64,000 nt of DNA from Laetmonice hystrix (Eukaryota): the NCBI GenBank assembly GCA_965235115.1, contig OZ249440.1, positions 13,206,001-13,270,000 on the forward strand. The letters run 5' to 3'. Below the pieces are notes generated by a model that made no database searches, was not told the origin of the DNA, and worked only from the letters and a program-made list of their open reading frames with translations. Each line of letters starts with the position of its first letter. The first letter of the stretch is position 1. This document shows, one piece after another, positions 50,701 through 62,623 of the stretch. The position numbers and the translations under genes are program-made.

Positions 50701-52394
50701 TTCTACCTGAAGGACGGTGAAAAGTCCTTCAAGGCCGCGCACCTTTCAATGGCCTGTATCTCCAAACAGATAAATATAATGACAGGGTTTCACCCCATTT
50801 TCCATGACCTTTAGAGGTAAGATAAGGTCATACATCTTTTCACTGGCTCCTGTCTCCAAAGTTATTAAAGGCAACCCCATAGTTGGTATTGATGATGGAT
50901 AGGAGGTCATGAAGTTTTTTTGTTCATTCTCATCTTTCATGACCTTGAAAGGGCAATGGACGTCCTGCATCTTCTCAGTACCATGTCTCCGACCATGAAT
51001 CATCTTCCAATATATGAGGTCAGTCATCAATATGAATAATTTTTCCAGTTGGAATGATCTTGTTTGGGGTTGTAAGCTTTAAACCGCTTGTTATCAGAGT
51101 GTCTGGCGGCCTGGCCTGCCGGCCTCGCTTGGCGTGGCGTGGATTCCGTTATCTGGTCCGCACACAGCGTCACACACTGCATTATTTTAATAAAACGGTT
51201 CGCTTCATTTCGGTAGCGGAGACCTTGGCTCGACCGGTCCCAGCTACCCGCCACTGTGCCGGGAAACAAACTGCGAACATGTAGGTGGTCGACAGGGTCT
51301 AATGGACATTTACTGTCGTCCTTTCTAATCATTCGTTGGCCTTTGTTCAGCGCGGTCCTCGACATGGTGGCTATGACGGATATGCAATAAAGGTCCGGTT
51401 TTGTATGCCGATGCAAATATACCTCGAATTACAATGGGACCTCCTGGTGATTATACCTTAGAGATGATTTTCAAAGGACGTTGACCGTGTGCAAGCCGGA
51501 CGGATTATTGTAGGAGAGCAACTGAGCTCTGAACCAGCCATCGTACCGTTACTGTTCCCACTGCTAGGAGTCAACACCGCTTCCAATTCAATAACTGTGA
51601 CTTCGAAAGAAAATATCCTGATGGCATTTACTGCCGGAAAATGCAATCAGACAGGTCTCAGTGCCAAAAGTGTTTCTCTCCTGAAGGCTAATAAGAAAAA
51701 TGCCTTTGTTTCTGACGCCTAAACTAAGGACTTTCATGTCTTCTCGAGCGGAATAAACGTGGCTTTGTGGGTTTAGTGTATTTTGTTGTTCCCACCAATA
51801 TGTTTCTGTCCATTATTTTGGCCCAGTTTCCTCCGTTGCCAACCAAATTAAGGACAGGTGGATATTAGAAAGAGTTCCTACTTCAGGGAAGTCAGTGCCT
51901 TGTTATTATGACGAACCATGTTTTCTTCAGCAAGTGCAGCATAGGATACTTTTTTCCTCGCACTGAACACTGAAGAAAGGCCATGTCCTCTGTGCTATAA
52001 TCTACAGTTATAGCTGACCTACACGTTCATACAATAACACCTTGAAGAATCTAGTCTGCCCTGTTATTTGAAGTGTATCTCATTCAGCCGCTGTTGTACA
52101 ATGCTAATACTTCTACTAATACAATATACCTTTATCCCTCTGTGTGAAAAGGTTCCCGTTCTCTGCCTGTCCCTGTTTCTACCCGTTTTTTTCTCCAATA
52201 CTCCCTTTGTTTCTCTACATTTAAAATGACTCCATGGAAACTCGTTCATTTTCATTCTCCAGTCTCTAGAGAGTGACTAGAGAAGTCTCCATCTGACACC
52301 GGTTGTGTTCACGTCTGTCAGTTTGTTTTCAGTTTGCTCTGAGTGTGTCGGGTGTTGAGGGATATTGATCTCGACATGTCCTGCCTTCCTGTAG

Positions 52395-52435
52395 GATATC
52401 CGACGTGACAGCCACAGGAAAGATACGTCCTCAAG
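52395..52435 (+). other. Orphan micro-exon candidate (41 nt)
   Basis: Acceptor cctgccttcctgtag, donor AAG|GTGAGA; two frames open. Confidence 0.25.
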
Positions 52436-54306
52436 GTGAGATGCCATTGGCCGGTATATCCTTCCTCCCGGCGAGCAGGGTCAACCGCCGGGCTGGAGGT
52501 GTTGACAGCAACGTTACATGACTGATGTCGATAATTAGGCCCGCTAACATGGACCGCTTCAGGGACACCCCTACCCCTTTATAATCACCTCAACCCCTCC
52601 CCTCCAACCCCCAACCCCAAACCCCAAACCCCAAACCCGTATACTCGGAGACGGGTTCTCGTGACTGGAAAAATCAACTGGGTTATGTTCATGTAATTCT
52701 ATCGTTGTGGGTCGTCAACCTCCCCACAGGATCCCACCATGAACGACTGAGTTTGGTTTTCTCTAATGGAACCCGGTTTCGTTGATATGACAGATGTCTG
52801 GCGCTCACCAGCACGGCATGATCAGCCTCAAGCCTCAGTAGATTTAGGGGTTATTCCCAAATCACACAGCTTTCTTCTGGTCATCTTGTAAAACAATCAC
52901 AGGTAAGATTCTGAGTTATATGGGGCTATGTCAGATCACTGAAATACCTGTTTGTTACCGAGTCTACGCCGATGACTAGATTGTGTCACCTTCAGATTGC
53001 TCTGTGTGTGGCTTTTACAGCGAAACAGAGATTATTCTAATCACAAAGATGCGCTACTTATTCCAATACTGCCCTATGTTGACCTTTCAAGCTGCCTAAA
53101 TGAAGGAACGCATAACGCTAGATGGCGTAATTCTCCTGTCTCTACATGACAGCTGGTTGTCCCGTTGCATGACTTTGCACTGTGAATGATGCTAACAATA
53201 TACATTTGTACTTATGTTGAGAGAAATACAATGAATGTATTCGTTCTAAAGCCTATATTCCTGAAACAGATATGTTTCCCATTGCAATAAGTGTTGTGGT
53301 ACATCTTTTGAGATCATGTTCATTCTTGGCTTTTCTCCTGTGCCTTAGTAGAAGAAATAACACAACTAGCTTCTAGGTGCTGCCAGAAACTCCATTGCAT
53401 ACGTCAATTGTAGGCCACTCGGGATCTCTCCGCTTTTTTATATGACAACTTAAGATCTGATATATACTGGCTCTCTAGAAGGTCAATTTATAAGGATGCG
53501 AGATCTATATAAATCGGAATTATTTCCCATATTGCACGGTGTATCAGGTTTGGATGAGATCACTTGATGTGATGAATGAGCAGGTAATTTTGTCAACCTG
53601 AGCGGGCAGGCCTAACCCCATATCATATGCCTTCTTTTTCCCACACTCTACTATATGAGTGTTCTACAGTCCTATGGTCAACCACTTCGCCAGGCCAGCC
53701 CTCGACCCAATCATCGCCTTTCACAAACCAGTGTTGGGTCATATAAAGATCAATGTTACCCCGAATGGCGGCTGGCGGATGGAGTAGGCGGCCTCCCTGG
53801 GACCTTCACAATTGCGGAAGTATATGAGGGGCGGCGTGGTGAAGCAGCCTGTGTTGTTCAATATTATGCATGAAGAACTGGTTGAGAGAAGAGAAGGTAG
53901 ATGTAGGATGGGAAGCAGCTGTTATAGAGGTATGTTTGACAGATGTGACCGTATATCCCTGATAATGACCAACAGACCTAATCAATGTTTTACACACACT
54001 GTCGCAGTAAGTCACCCCCTCGCAATCACTGCTCTTTGTGCTAGCACTACGCACGGGTGTTGGTTATAGGTAGCACTCAATTATTCAATGATTTATGTAG
54101 GAGACTGTACTCCTGTTCTACTATTAGATGCCTTATTTATCGGTAGAAACACAGAAATGTGTGTGTATTATCTGGGTCACGTTCTAGGTCATGCAGGTCA
54201 AGATGAACATATGAAATATGACACACCTTCATACTTGACAAATAATCTTCAGCTTGTAAACTAAGAGCCCATCAACGCAGGAGGATATTTTGTTCGTTAC
54301 AGAATC

Positions 54307-54940
54307 CCCCCAGGGAAACTCGACTTAGGAATTCACCGCGGGAACTGGCCTGATGTACGGAATTCACCGCGGGAACTGGCCTGATGTACGGAATTCACCG
54401 CGGGAACTGGCCTGATGTACGGAATTCACCGCGGGAACTGGCCTGATGTACGGAATTCACCGCGGGAACTGGCCTGATGTGCGGAATTCACCGCGGGAAC
54501 TGGCCTGATGTCCGGAATTCACCGCGGGAACTGGCCTGATGTACGGAATTCACCGCGGGAACTGGCCTGATGTACGGAATTCACCGCGGGAACTGGCCTG
54601 ATGTACGGAATTCACCGCGGGAACTGGTCTGATGTACTGAATTCACCGCGGGAACTGGTCTGATGTGGCCACCGCCAGGTGGCCACCTGGCGCATAAATA
54701 TCGCGTGGCTGCACTTTTGGGATCAAAATTCAGCCGTGGTGCTTCGTAGTGTAGTGGCTAAGGTGGCTCAACCATATGGGTTCGAGACTCGACTTTTCCC
54801 CTCAAATTTTTCAAAAAGGGTTAGAGTTAGGGATAGTGATAGTTATATTATAAAAGGTAAGGTTACACTTATCAGGTATAGTGATGGGTGCTGGACATTA
54901 CACCCGGGCGCATAATAAGGCCTGCTAGTTCCCCGGGGAA
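54307..54940. mobile_element. Putative non-autonomous element carrying the 31-bp array, a palindrome, Pol III-like A/B boxes and TTAGGG-like repeats
   Basis: Imperfect inverted ends CCCCAGGGAAAC (about 54308) and GTTCCCCGGGG (about 54928); A-box-like TAGTGTAGTGG 54747-54757; B-box-like GGTTCGAGACT 54779-54789; GGGTTAGAGTTAGGG near 54818. Confidence 0.4.
54328..54666 (+). repeat. 31-bp minisatellite, about 11 copies
   Basis: Unit GGAATTCACCGCGGGAACTGGCCTGATGTAC. Confidence 0.97.
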
Positions 54941-55004
54941 ATGTTGTACCCAATTATCCTCCTGCTCTCCAAAGTTCAACAGTTCAAGCGGTAGTTCGGG
55001 CGCT

Positions 55005-55021
55005 CTCCGCCAGATGGTGCT
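55005..55021 (+). promoter_or_regulatory. CTCF-like motif
   Basis: CTCCGCCAGATGGTGCT. Confidence 0.4.
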
Positions 55022-55319
55022 GGCTACCTAACTTTCAAACATGATATCAAAGTGTCGAAGGAACCGTTTTTCATACTGCTTCGAAGGAACTGGTTTTCAT
55101 ACTGTTTGCCTTTAAGGTCTTTGAGGAATGTGGAATGGCAACCGCCTAGAGCATTTCAATTGACAGAAGTATAGAAAATGTGACAGCAAGCCAATCAAAA
55201 TAGTCATTGGTGTATCCTAGGGTGTTTTTCTTAAAGGCCCTCTCTCTATTCGTATCCGTACCTTCAACTGGTTATTTTTTTACACAGAATATCTAACAAT
55301 GTAGGAAGTCGGACCTTCA

Positions 55320-55371
55320 ATAGAAGCAACGAGACTAGACAGACCGGTCTGTCTAGTCTCGTTGATAGAAG
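55320..55371. mobile_element. 38-bp perfect palindrome flanked by a 7-bp direct repeat
   Basis: ATAGAAG [CAACGAGACTAGACAGACC|GGTCTGTCTAGTCTCGTTG] ATAGAAG; palindrome at 55327-55364. Confidence 0.65.
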
Positions 55372-55402
55372 CTACCGAAGAGGTTACATTCCACAATGCT
55401 AC

Positions 55403-55519
55403 CAGGCACGGATCCAGGGGTGGGGGGAGGGCATAGGGGGCATTCGAGAGTCATTTTAATAAATGCCTATTTTTAAAACGTTTGTGCCCCCTTTAAAAAA
55501 AGTCGTGGATCCGTGCCTG
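55403..55519. mobile_element. 117-bp MITE with 14-bp terminal inverted repeats
   Basis: CAGGCACGGATCCA (55403-55416) and TGGATCCGTGCCTG (55506-55519), with G-rich and C-rich subterminal tracts. Confidence 0.75.
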
Positions 55520-56176
55520 ATACGCCATACACGATTCCTATACCCCCCCCCCCCACACACACACACACACAAACATGTCTAAAGGTGTCAATCTGAACAT
55601 CATCTTGTCTTGTATTTACTTGTTATTGAATGAAGTGACTGATGAGGAAGGTTTCATTGTAAATATTAACAATTGCCCGTAACCATACATGGCTGACCAC
55701 TACACCCATTGAGAGCTAGCTTTGTATGCGTAAGGAAGGCAGTAATATGGATCCTCAAGGCGAGCACTGCTCGAAAATGATATCCTCCGCCTGCAAAGAA
55801 ATAAAAAAAGATTCTTCCTAGCTCCTCCATCATTTTCCTCCGATAGAGATATACAAATGTGAAGGTTGGGTCTCCGGTTGGTTCACCCCGCTACATCAAT
55901 TATCGAGAAACGAACAAAAATATCTGTCCGTACGACTTGACGCGGCGGTGGGAGCCCATCTGGCCCCCACTTACTACCTCATCATTGGTCAAATCCCACA
56001 TCTCACCCTGTTAAAACAACCCCCCACCCCCACCCCTCCCCTTGTCGACATGGCAACCATGACCATGATAGATGGCGCCCTCTACCGTGGCGCCAGTCAT
56101 TTGTCACGTGGTCTGCGCCTGTCAGATTTTGACGTTTCAACTCGCATCCTTCCCTTGGGATTTCTGTTTGCTTTAG

Positions 56177-56328
56177 CGTAATCCGCCCACGATACGTCTG
56201 CCTGAAGAGGGAACTCCTACATCTGTGGAAGGACTTTGATGTGGAAGGAATGGGAGAAGAAAAGAATGGGAGAAAAGAAGAAGCTACTGAAGGTGACCGC
56301 ACAAGTCTTCCATCTCCTCTCTCTTTAA
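56177..56328 (+). other. Orphan exon candidate (VIRPRYVCLKRELLHLWKDFDVEGMGEEKNGRKEEATEG...)
   Basis: Strong acceptor tttctgtttgctttag, open frame, uncertain donor. Confidence 0.25.
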
Positions 56329-57360
56329 GTATCGAACGTCAGATGAAAATACACGGACGGCGCATATTGTCTATGGAGTACAGTATATCACCCTTCTTTT
56401 TCTCACACTCTATATGATGAACGCCCCCAGGAACTGTATCAGGGGGGGGGGGGTGTCCCGGTGGGGTTCAATAAATTAAACGTAAAACCGCGTAAAACGG
56501 AGGAATGCAACATCCTGCACATAAATTTAGCGATGAATATCCTCTTAATTTCATGTTTTTCGATTAGTATCAGCTGTGTATGGCTGTGTGGGAAACACCA
56601 GCTCTCTCAATCTCTATCCTTATTTTATTATTATTACAGAATACAGGAGTGATTGTACCCTCATGACACCGCCATCCATAAATGACTACCTCCAGGGCTT
56701 ACAGGGTCGCGTACTCTTTCTTTGAATAATTGATCTCGAAGCATAGAGCAAACATATTAATTCTACTTGTCATGTGATTAAGAGGGTCGACATGATCCCG
56801 AATGGTGGCTATAGGATGGGTGCTAAACATTTGATGTCTCCTGTGGAACTAGCGACCCTTCGTCTACGACCTGAATCCTCTGGCGCATGCTACGTTCACG
56901 CAGTCGCTGGTGAGGCGCAAAGACTATGAAAGAACTATTTGGATTGAGATTGATAGTCAATTAGCCCTTTATCGTACACCTGCCATGGAGGACTCTGGCT
57001 TGTCACTTCGCACTCTTTAAGGCGTTTCATCAGGAATTGGCAGTTACTTGTGCTTAACCTTAGTTAAGGTTGTCATGGTCTGCTTCTAACCAACAAATTA
57101 TGGCTGTCGAAAGCATGCAAGGTAATGGAAAGAACTGTCTGAATTAAGTGGACTTCAGATTGTGTTAGGTGACATCGGAATTTTCGCTGACACGGTTGTT
57201 TTTCGGAGATTCTGTCATAGGAATCGTCTAAACCCCCGAGCTTATATGACTATGAATATTGAAGGGGTATATATGTGGTTATTTATGCGACTGATTACAA
57301 ACGCATGCAGGGCCTTTTTGAGATGTTCCAGGTTTCTGTATTTGCTGATCAATAAAACGA

Positions 57361-57375
57361 CTGCCAGATGGCGCC
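57361..57375 (+). promoter_or_regulatory. CTCF-like motif
   Basis: CTGCCAGATGGCGCC. Confidence 0.45.
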
Positions 57376-57684
57376 ACTTGAGGGCAGCCGTACGGCGCGT
57401 CTTCAGCCACCCGATACACACCTTCTCTTCTTGTTTACATTAGAACTGGCTGCTGTCAGCGACAATCTATACGGTTTATCGACAAGACGCATTCCCTGTC
57501 CAATGCCAGAGGTAGAGAGTTTAAAAGGTCCGTCTTACTTTCGTGAAAATTATGCCAAGCTATGAGAACATGGATGTGTTTTTTATCACGCGAAATCTTG
57601 CCGTCCATTTGATGTCTCCCATGTGACTTGAAGGAAACCTAATGGGTTTACGTCATCAGATGTTCTCTCTATGTACGCAACTTA

Positions 57685-58226
57685 TGGATAACAATCAGGA
57701 GTAAGATACGTGTAACCAATGGATAACAATCAATGGTAGGATACGTGTAACCAATGGATAACAATCAATGGTAGGATACATGTAACCATTGGATAACAAT
57801 CAATGGTAGGATATGTGTAACCAATGGATAACAATCAATGGTAGAATACGTGTAACCAATGGATAACAATCAATGGTAGAATACGTGTAACCCATGGATA
57901 ACAATCAATGGTAGGATACGTGTAACCAATGGATAATAATCAATGGTAGGATACGTGTAACCAATGGATAACAATCAATGGTAGGATACGTGTAACCAAT
58001 GGATAACAATCAATGGTAAGATACGTGTAACCAATGAATAACAATCAATGGTAGGATACGTGTAACCAATGGATAACAATCAATGGTAGGATACGTGTAA
58101 CCAATGGATAACAATCAATGGTAGGATACGTGTAACCAATGGATAACAATCAATGGTAGAATACGTGTAACCAATGGATAACAATCAATGGTAGAATACG
58201 TGTAACCAATGGATAATAATCAATGG
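57685..58226 (+). repeat. 35-bp minisatellite, about 15 copies
   Basis: Unit GGATAACAATCAATGGTAGGATACGTGTAACCAAT. Confidence 0.97.
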
Positions 58227-58947
58227 CCACAGACGACAATATCATGGTATGGAGAGAACACATACGGTATCGGGTCTCGACTTGTCGCTTTCATTCAGAA
58301 TGATCATTTAGTTTGGTAAATCTCTTATAATATTTAACCGTTAACAGGATTTATGACTAACATAATGGTATCACTAATGATATGCCTTACCTAGACTTTC
58401 CCAAGTGTTAATTAATGAAGGTCGCAATGGGCCGGGGCGGCGGACCGAGATCTTGTCGAGTACATGTTGTTAGGCAGCGGGCAGAAAAAATAGACCTTTG
58501 TCGGGTAAACTTCACTGGCATTGGCCGGAACAGGTTATGCCAAGAGATAAATTTCCCAGTTGATTGTCAAACCTATTTCAAGCATCTCTCTTTATCTAGT
58601 TAACCACACTTGTTAATTAAACACTAGATCCTAACTCCCTATTATCCCTACATTCCTCGACCAGAGTACAGATCTAAAACACCACGGCTCCCAAACCAGA
58701 CGGATCCCAAGTGTAAACTGAACCGGGGGTTATCGCAGCTGCTGCTGGTCCATCCACAAGGGTGACGTGTCTGGCTGAGACGATGTCAAATAGAAAGTCC
58801 TGACTGTCTGAGGTGCACCTGCATGGCTAAGTGCAGGTGGAGTTCAGAGGACTGCCCATATTCTACTCGAGATGTCCTACATCAGGATAAGGACCCGCCC
58901 ACTCGAGGTGTACCGCATTTCGATGACTGCATGACTTGTCGACATCT

Positions 58948-59193
58948 TTAAGACCCTCTACTCTGCCTCCTCAGTTGATTCTGAGGACATGGATGATACT
59001 CCGAGGAAACCTTACCCCGGGACACGATGCCTTGCTCTTTACGAGAAATGACAAGGACTACTTTAGCTGACATAATACAGACACAAAATGACATACTCGG
59101 TCTCTGGTAATCTTATTGGGACCACTCCCACTGCCTACTCCAGCTTCCTGCACCTCCTTGTACAGATCCTGACTCGGGGAAGCGGATGGTGTG
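58948..59193 (-). CDS. Candidate last two coding exons of an unidentified minus-strand gene (59193-59097 and 58980-58948)
   Basis: Acceptor gattgtcatttcgcag; only one frame open (TPSASPSQDLYKEVQEAGVGSGSGPNKITRDR); donor GTATGT; 116-nt intron; acceptor tccatgtcctcag; NQLRRQSRGS then TAA, in phase. Confidence 0.38.
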
Positions 59194-59879
59194 CTGCGAA
59201 ATGACAATCATTTACACCCTGTAACATTAGAATTTCCGCATGGCGCATCTTTCCAAATCAGTGTAAATCATTCAGCGAAAGTCATCAGCAAATGAATTTC
59301 TATTGTCCATATTGAGCATTTCATCATTTACTCTTAATCGGCGAGAGACCGATAGAGAGAAAAAGATGTTTCCTTCCCTGCTCTGTTACAATGATGTGGT
59401 CGTGCACAGCCCCGACCAGAGACTCCCTCGAGCCGCCGTCATAATAACAATCGAGAGTCAGGAGAACTCATGCATAGATCCTCATCAATTGTTGCCAGAT
59501 TTTACTGACTTAAGGTTCGGTTTTACCTGAAATTCTTGCCAACATGCGGTATGGCTTTTCATGCTTGATTGTCCAATTATTTCCGAGTCCAAATATTGCA
59601 CCTATAAAAACGGAATATTTTGCTTGCATTGCATGCAACGGTAAACACAATTGCCAGTGCCCACTTCCGTTGGTGGTCGATCATGCGTTAGTCGAAATGT
59701 CGTTATGATTACCTAACTGTAGATGGTTTTTCACAAAACCTTTCCCCATTAGGACATCGACATTAATTAGTGCGCGTCTGTTTGAGGGCCCGATTCCTTG
59801 ATTAGGTTATTGTACTGCATGGAGACAATCACGATAAAATAACTCGAACCCATAGGTCTTCACCTGCCACAATGTAATT

Positions 59880-61426
59880 GGTTGTCCTAACCTGACACAT
59901 GAAGGTGGTTGTCCTAACCTGACACATGAAGGTGGTTGTCCTAACCTGATACATGAAGGTGGTTGTCCTAACCTGACACATGAAAGTGGTTCTCCTAACC
60001 TGACACATGAAAGTGGTTCTCCTAACCTGACACATGCAGGTGGTTGTCCTAACCTGACACATGAAGGTGGTTGTCCTAATCTGACACATGAAGGTGGTTG
60101 TCCTAATCTGACACATGAAGGTGGTTGTCCTAACCTGACACATGAAGGCGGTTGTCCTAACCTGACACATGAAGGTGGTTGTCCTAACCTGATACACGAA
60201 GGTGGTTGTCCTAACCTGATACACGAAGGTGGTTGTCCTAACCTGACACACGAAGGTGGTTGTCCTAACCTGACACATGCAGGTGGTTGTCCTAACCTGA
60301 CACATGCAGGTGGTTGTCCTAACCTGACACATGCAGGTGGTTGTCCTAACCTGACACATGCAGGTGGTTGTCCTAACCTGACACATGCAGGTGGTTGTCC
60401 TAACCTGACACATGCAGGTGGTTGTCCTAACCTGACACATGAAGGTGGTTGTCCTAATCTGACACATGAAGGTGGTTGTCCTAACCTGACACATGAAGGT
60501 GGTTGTCCTAACCTGACACATGCAGGTGGTTGTCCTAACCTGACACATGAAGGTGGTTGTCCTAACCTGACACATGAAGGTGGTTGTCCTAACCTGACAT
60601 CATGCAGGTGGTTGTCCTAACCTGATACATGAAGGTGGTTGTCCTAACCTGACACATGAAGGTGGTTGTCCTAACCTGACACATGAAGGTGGTTGTCCTA
60701 ACCTGACACATGAAGGTGGTTGTCCTAACCTGACACATGAAGGTGGTTGTCCTAACCTGACACATGCAGGTGGTTGTCCTAACCTGACACATGAAGGTGG
60801 TTGTCCTAACCTGACACATGAAGGTGGTTGTCCTAACCTGACACATGAAGGTGGTTGTCCTAACCTGACACATGCAGGTGGTTGTCCTAACCTGACACAT
60901 GAAGGTGGTTGTCCTAACCTGACACATAAAGGTGGTTGTCCTAACCTGACACATGAAGGTGGTTGTCCTAACCTGACACATGCAGGTGGTTGTCCTAACC
61001 TGACACATAAAGGTGGTTGTCCTAACCTGACACATGCAGGTGGTTGTCCTAACCTGACACATGAAGGTGGTTGTCCTAACTTGACACATGAAGGTGGTTG
61101 TCCTAACCTGACACATGAAGGTGGTTGTCCTAACCTGACACATAAAGGTGGTTGTCCTAACCTGATACATGAATGTGGTTCTCCTAACCTGACACATGCA
61201 GGTGGTTGTCCTAACCTGACACATGCAGGTGGTTGTCCTAACCTGACACATGAAGGTGGTTGTCCTAACCTGACACATGAAGGTGGTTGTCCTAACCTGA
61301 CACATGAAGGTGCTTTTCCTAACCTGACACATGAAGGTGGTTGTCCTAACCTGACACATCCAGGTGGTTGTCCTAACCTGACACATCCAGGTGGTTGTCC
61401 TAACCTGACACATGAAGGTGGTTGTC
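59880..61426 (+). repeat. 27-bp minisatellite, about 57 copies
   Basis: Unit GGTGGTTGTCCTAACCTGACACATGAA; one 28-bp unit (extra T at 60600). Confidence 0.98.
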
Positions 61427-62623
61427 AGTCACTGATCTCAACCGTTTATATTGGACGAATGTAAATAGTGCCTCATCCATAGACTTTCTTCCAGATTTAT
61501 GGGTAAAACATAAATTCTCTCATCAGCACAAAATCTGCGCCGTTGTATTGAAGAAAAATACCCTTTATGGTCAATCAGAACCCTCTTCAAATGATCCAAA
61601 TCGCTCTCATGTTTCCTGAAAAGAAAACAATCAGAACGTCCAAACCGGATTAGGTCACGTGAACCGATTGTACTTTTTTCAAATGGTTCTATCTCATCGT
61701 TTTTTCAGAGCTTGGATATCCTGACTAATTTATGTGATCTGATTGAAACATGCTGTTTTACACAATCAGTTTGTATTGTAGGATTACCGCATAACTCCTC
61801 GGCCAATGATGAAAACTTTTACACGATGACGAAGTGTTATTCCAAATGGTTAAACTGGCCTGATCCACTAAGGCGATTTTCATTGTGACGTCCATACGAT
61901 TTTGACATCACCCTTTTATTTTACAGTGATTTGGAGATGAAAAGATGGACCCCTTTTCCTGAAACAGGGAAGGCGAGCCAGGAAAGATTTCAGAGTGAAA
62001 TTTTACTATTAAATCAAAAATCGCATGGCCGTCACAAGGACATTCACCTTAGTGGATCGGGCCCTTTTAAGAGAAAGCGACCAATAGGATTCAACAGAGA
62101 GGAGAACCACAAAGGTTGTGTTCACAATACAAACAAGCACATCAGAAACAAATGGGGATTTCCCCCCAATGCCTCTTAACGACAGAGCCAGAACCCCCTC
62201 TCCTATTACGTCGATCCTCAGCGAGCACTAATGGCTAAGGTACACCATTGAAATAATGGTTTTTATTGACTCCGACCTGAACGAATGGAGCCATCGACTG
62301 GGCTGGGGGATCAGAGACAAACGGGGGTCTCTCTACCCTACATCCTGGTTCTGGTTTCTGGAACCACTGGCTGGGCGCAGCTCAGCCTGAGCAGCTCCGG
62401 TATAAAAAACCTGCACAAGCGTGCTTTGCATGTCTTTGTCAAGGACAAACCTTGGCAAAGGGCAATGGTAGGGCTCTACATCGGTATTGCACCCTTTAAT
62501 ATTTATCTTTACTGAGCTGTCTTTTGGGGAGCCAATTTTTTTTTTTTGCTGGAGAGCGGCGAAAATAACAGCTCTTGATGTGATAGGTCATGAAGCTACT
62601 GTTACCATTCGTGTTCAAATCTT

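Noticed and set aside
52606-52640. (CCCCAAA)n as an interstitial telomere
   Set aside because: Only about four units, and not the TTAGGG repeat expected for this group.
54747-54789. Functional tRNA gene
   Set aside because: The A and B boxes are only 21 nt apart and no cloverleaf or anticodon arm can be folded.
57685-58226. Tandem HRE (TACGTG) and CCAAT boxes as a hypoxia enhancer
   Set aside because: Five- to six-base motifs in a repeat unit are expected by chance, and no target gene is established nearby.
18338-61464. Long ORFs from tandem arrays (472 aa, 451 aa, 274 aa, 248 aa, 218 aa and others) as protein-coding genes
   Set aside because: They are translations of repeat units. Only about 4 of 15 unit lengths are multiples of 3, as expected by chance, and indel units break the frames. 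The 63-bp and 27-bp cases are kept only as hypotheses.
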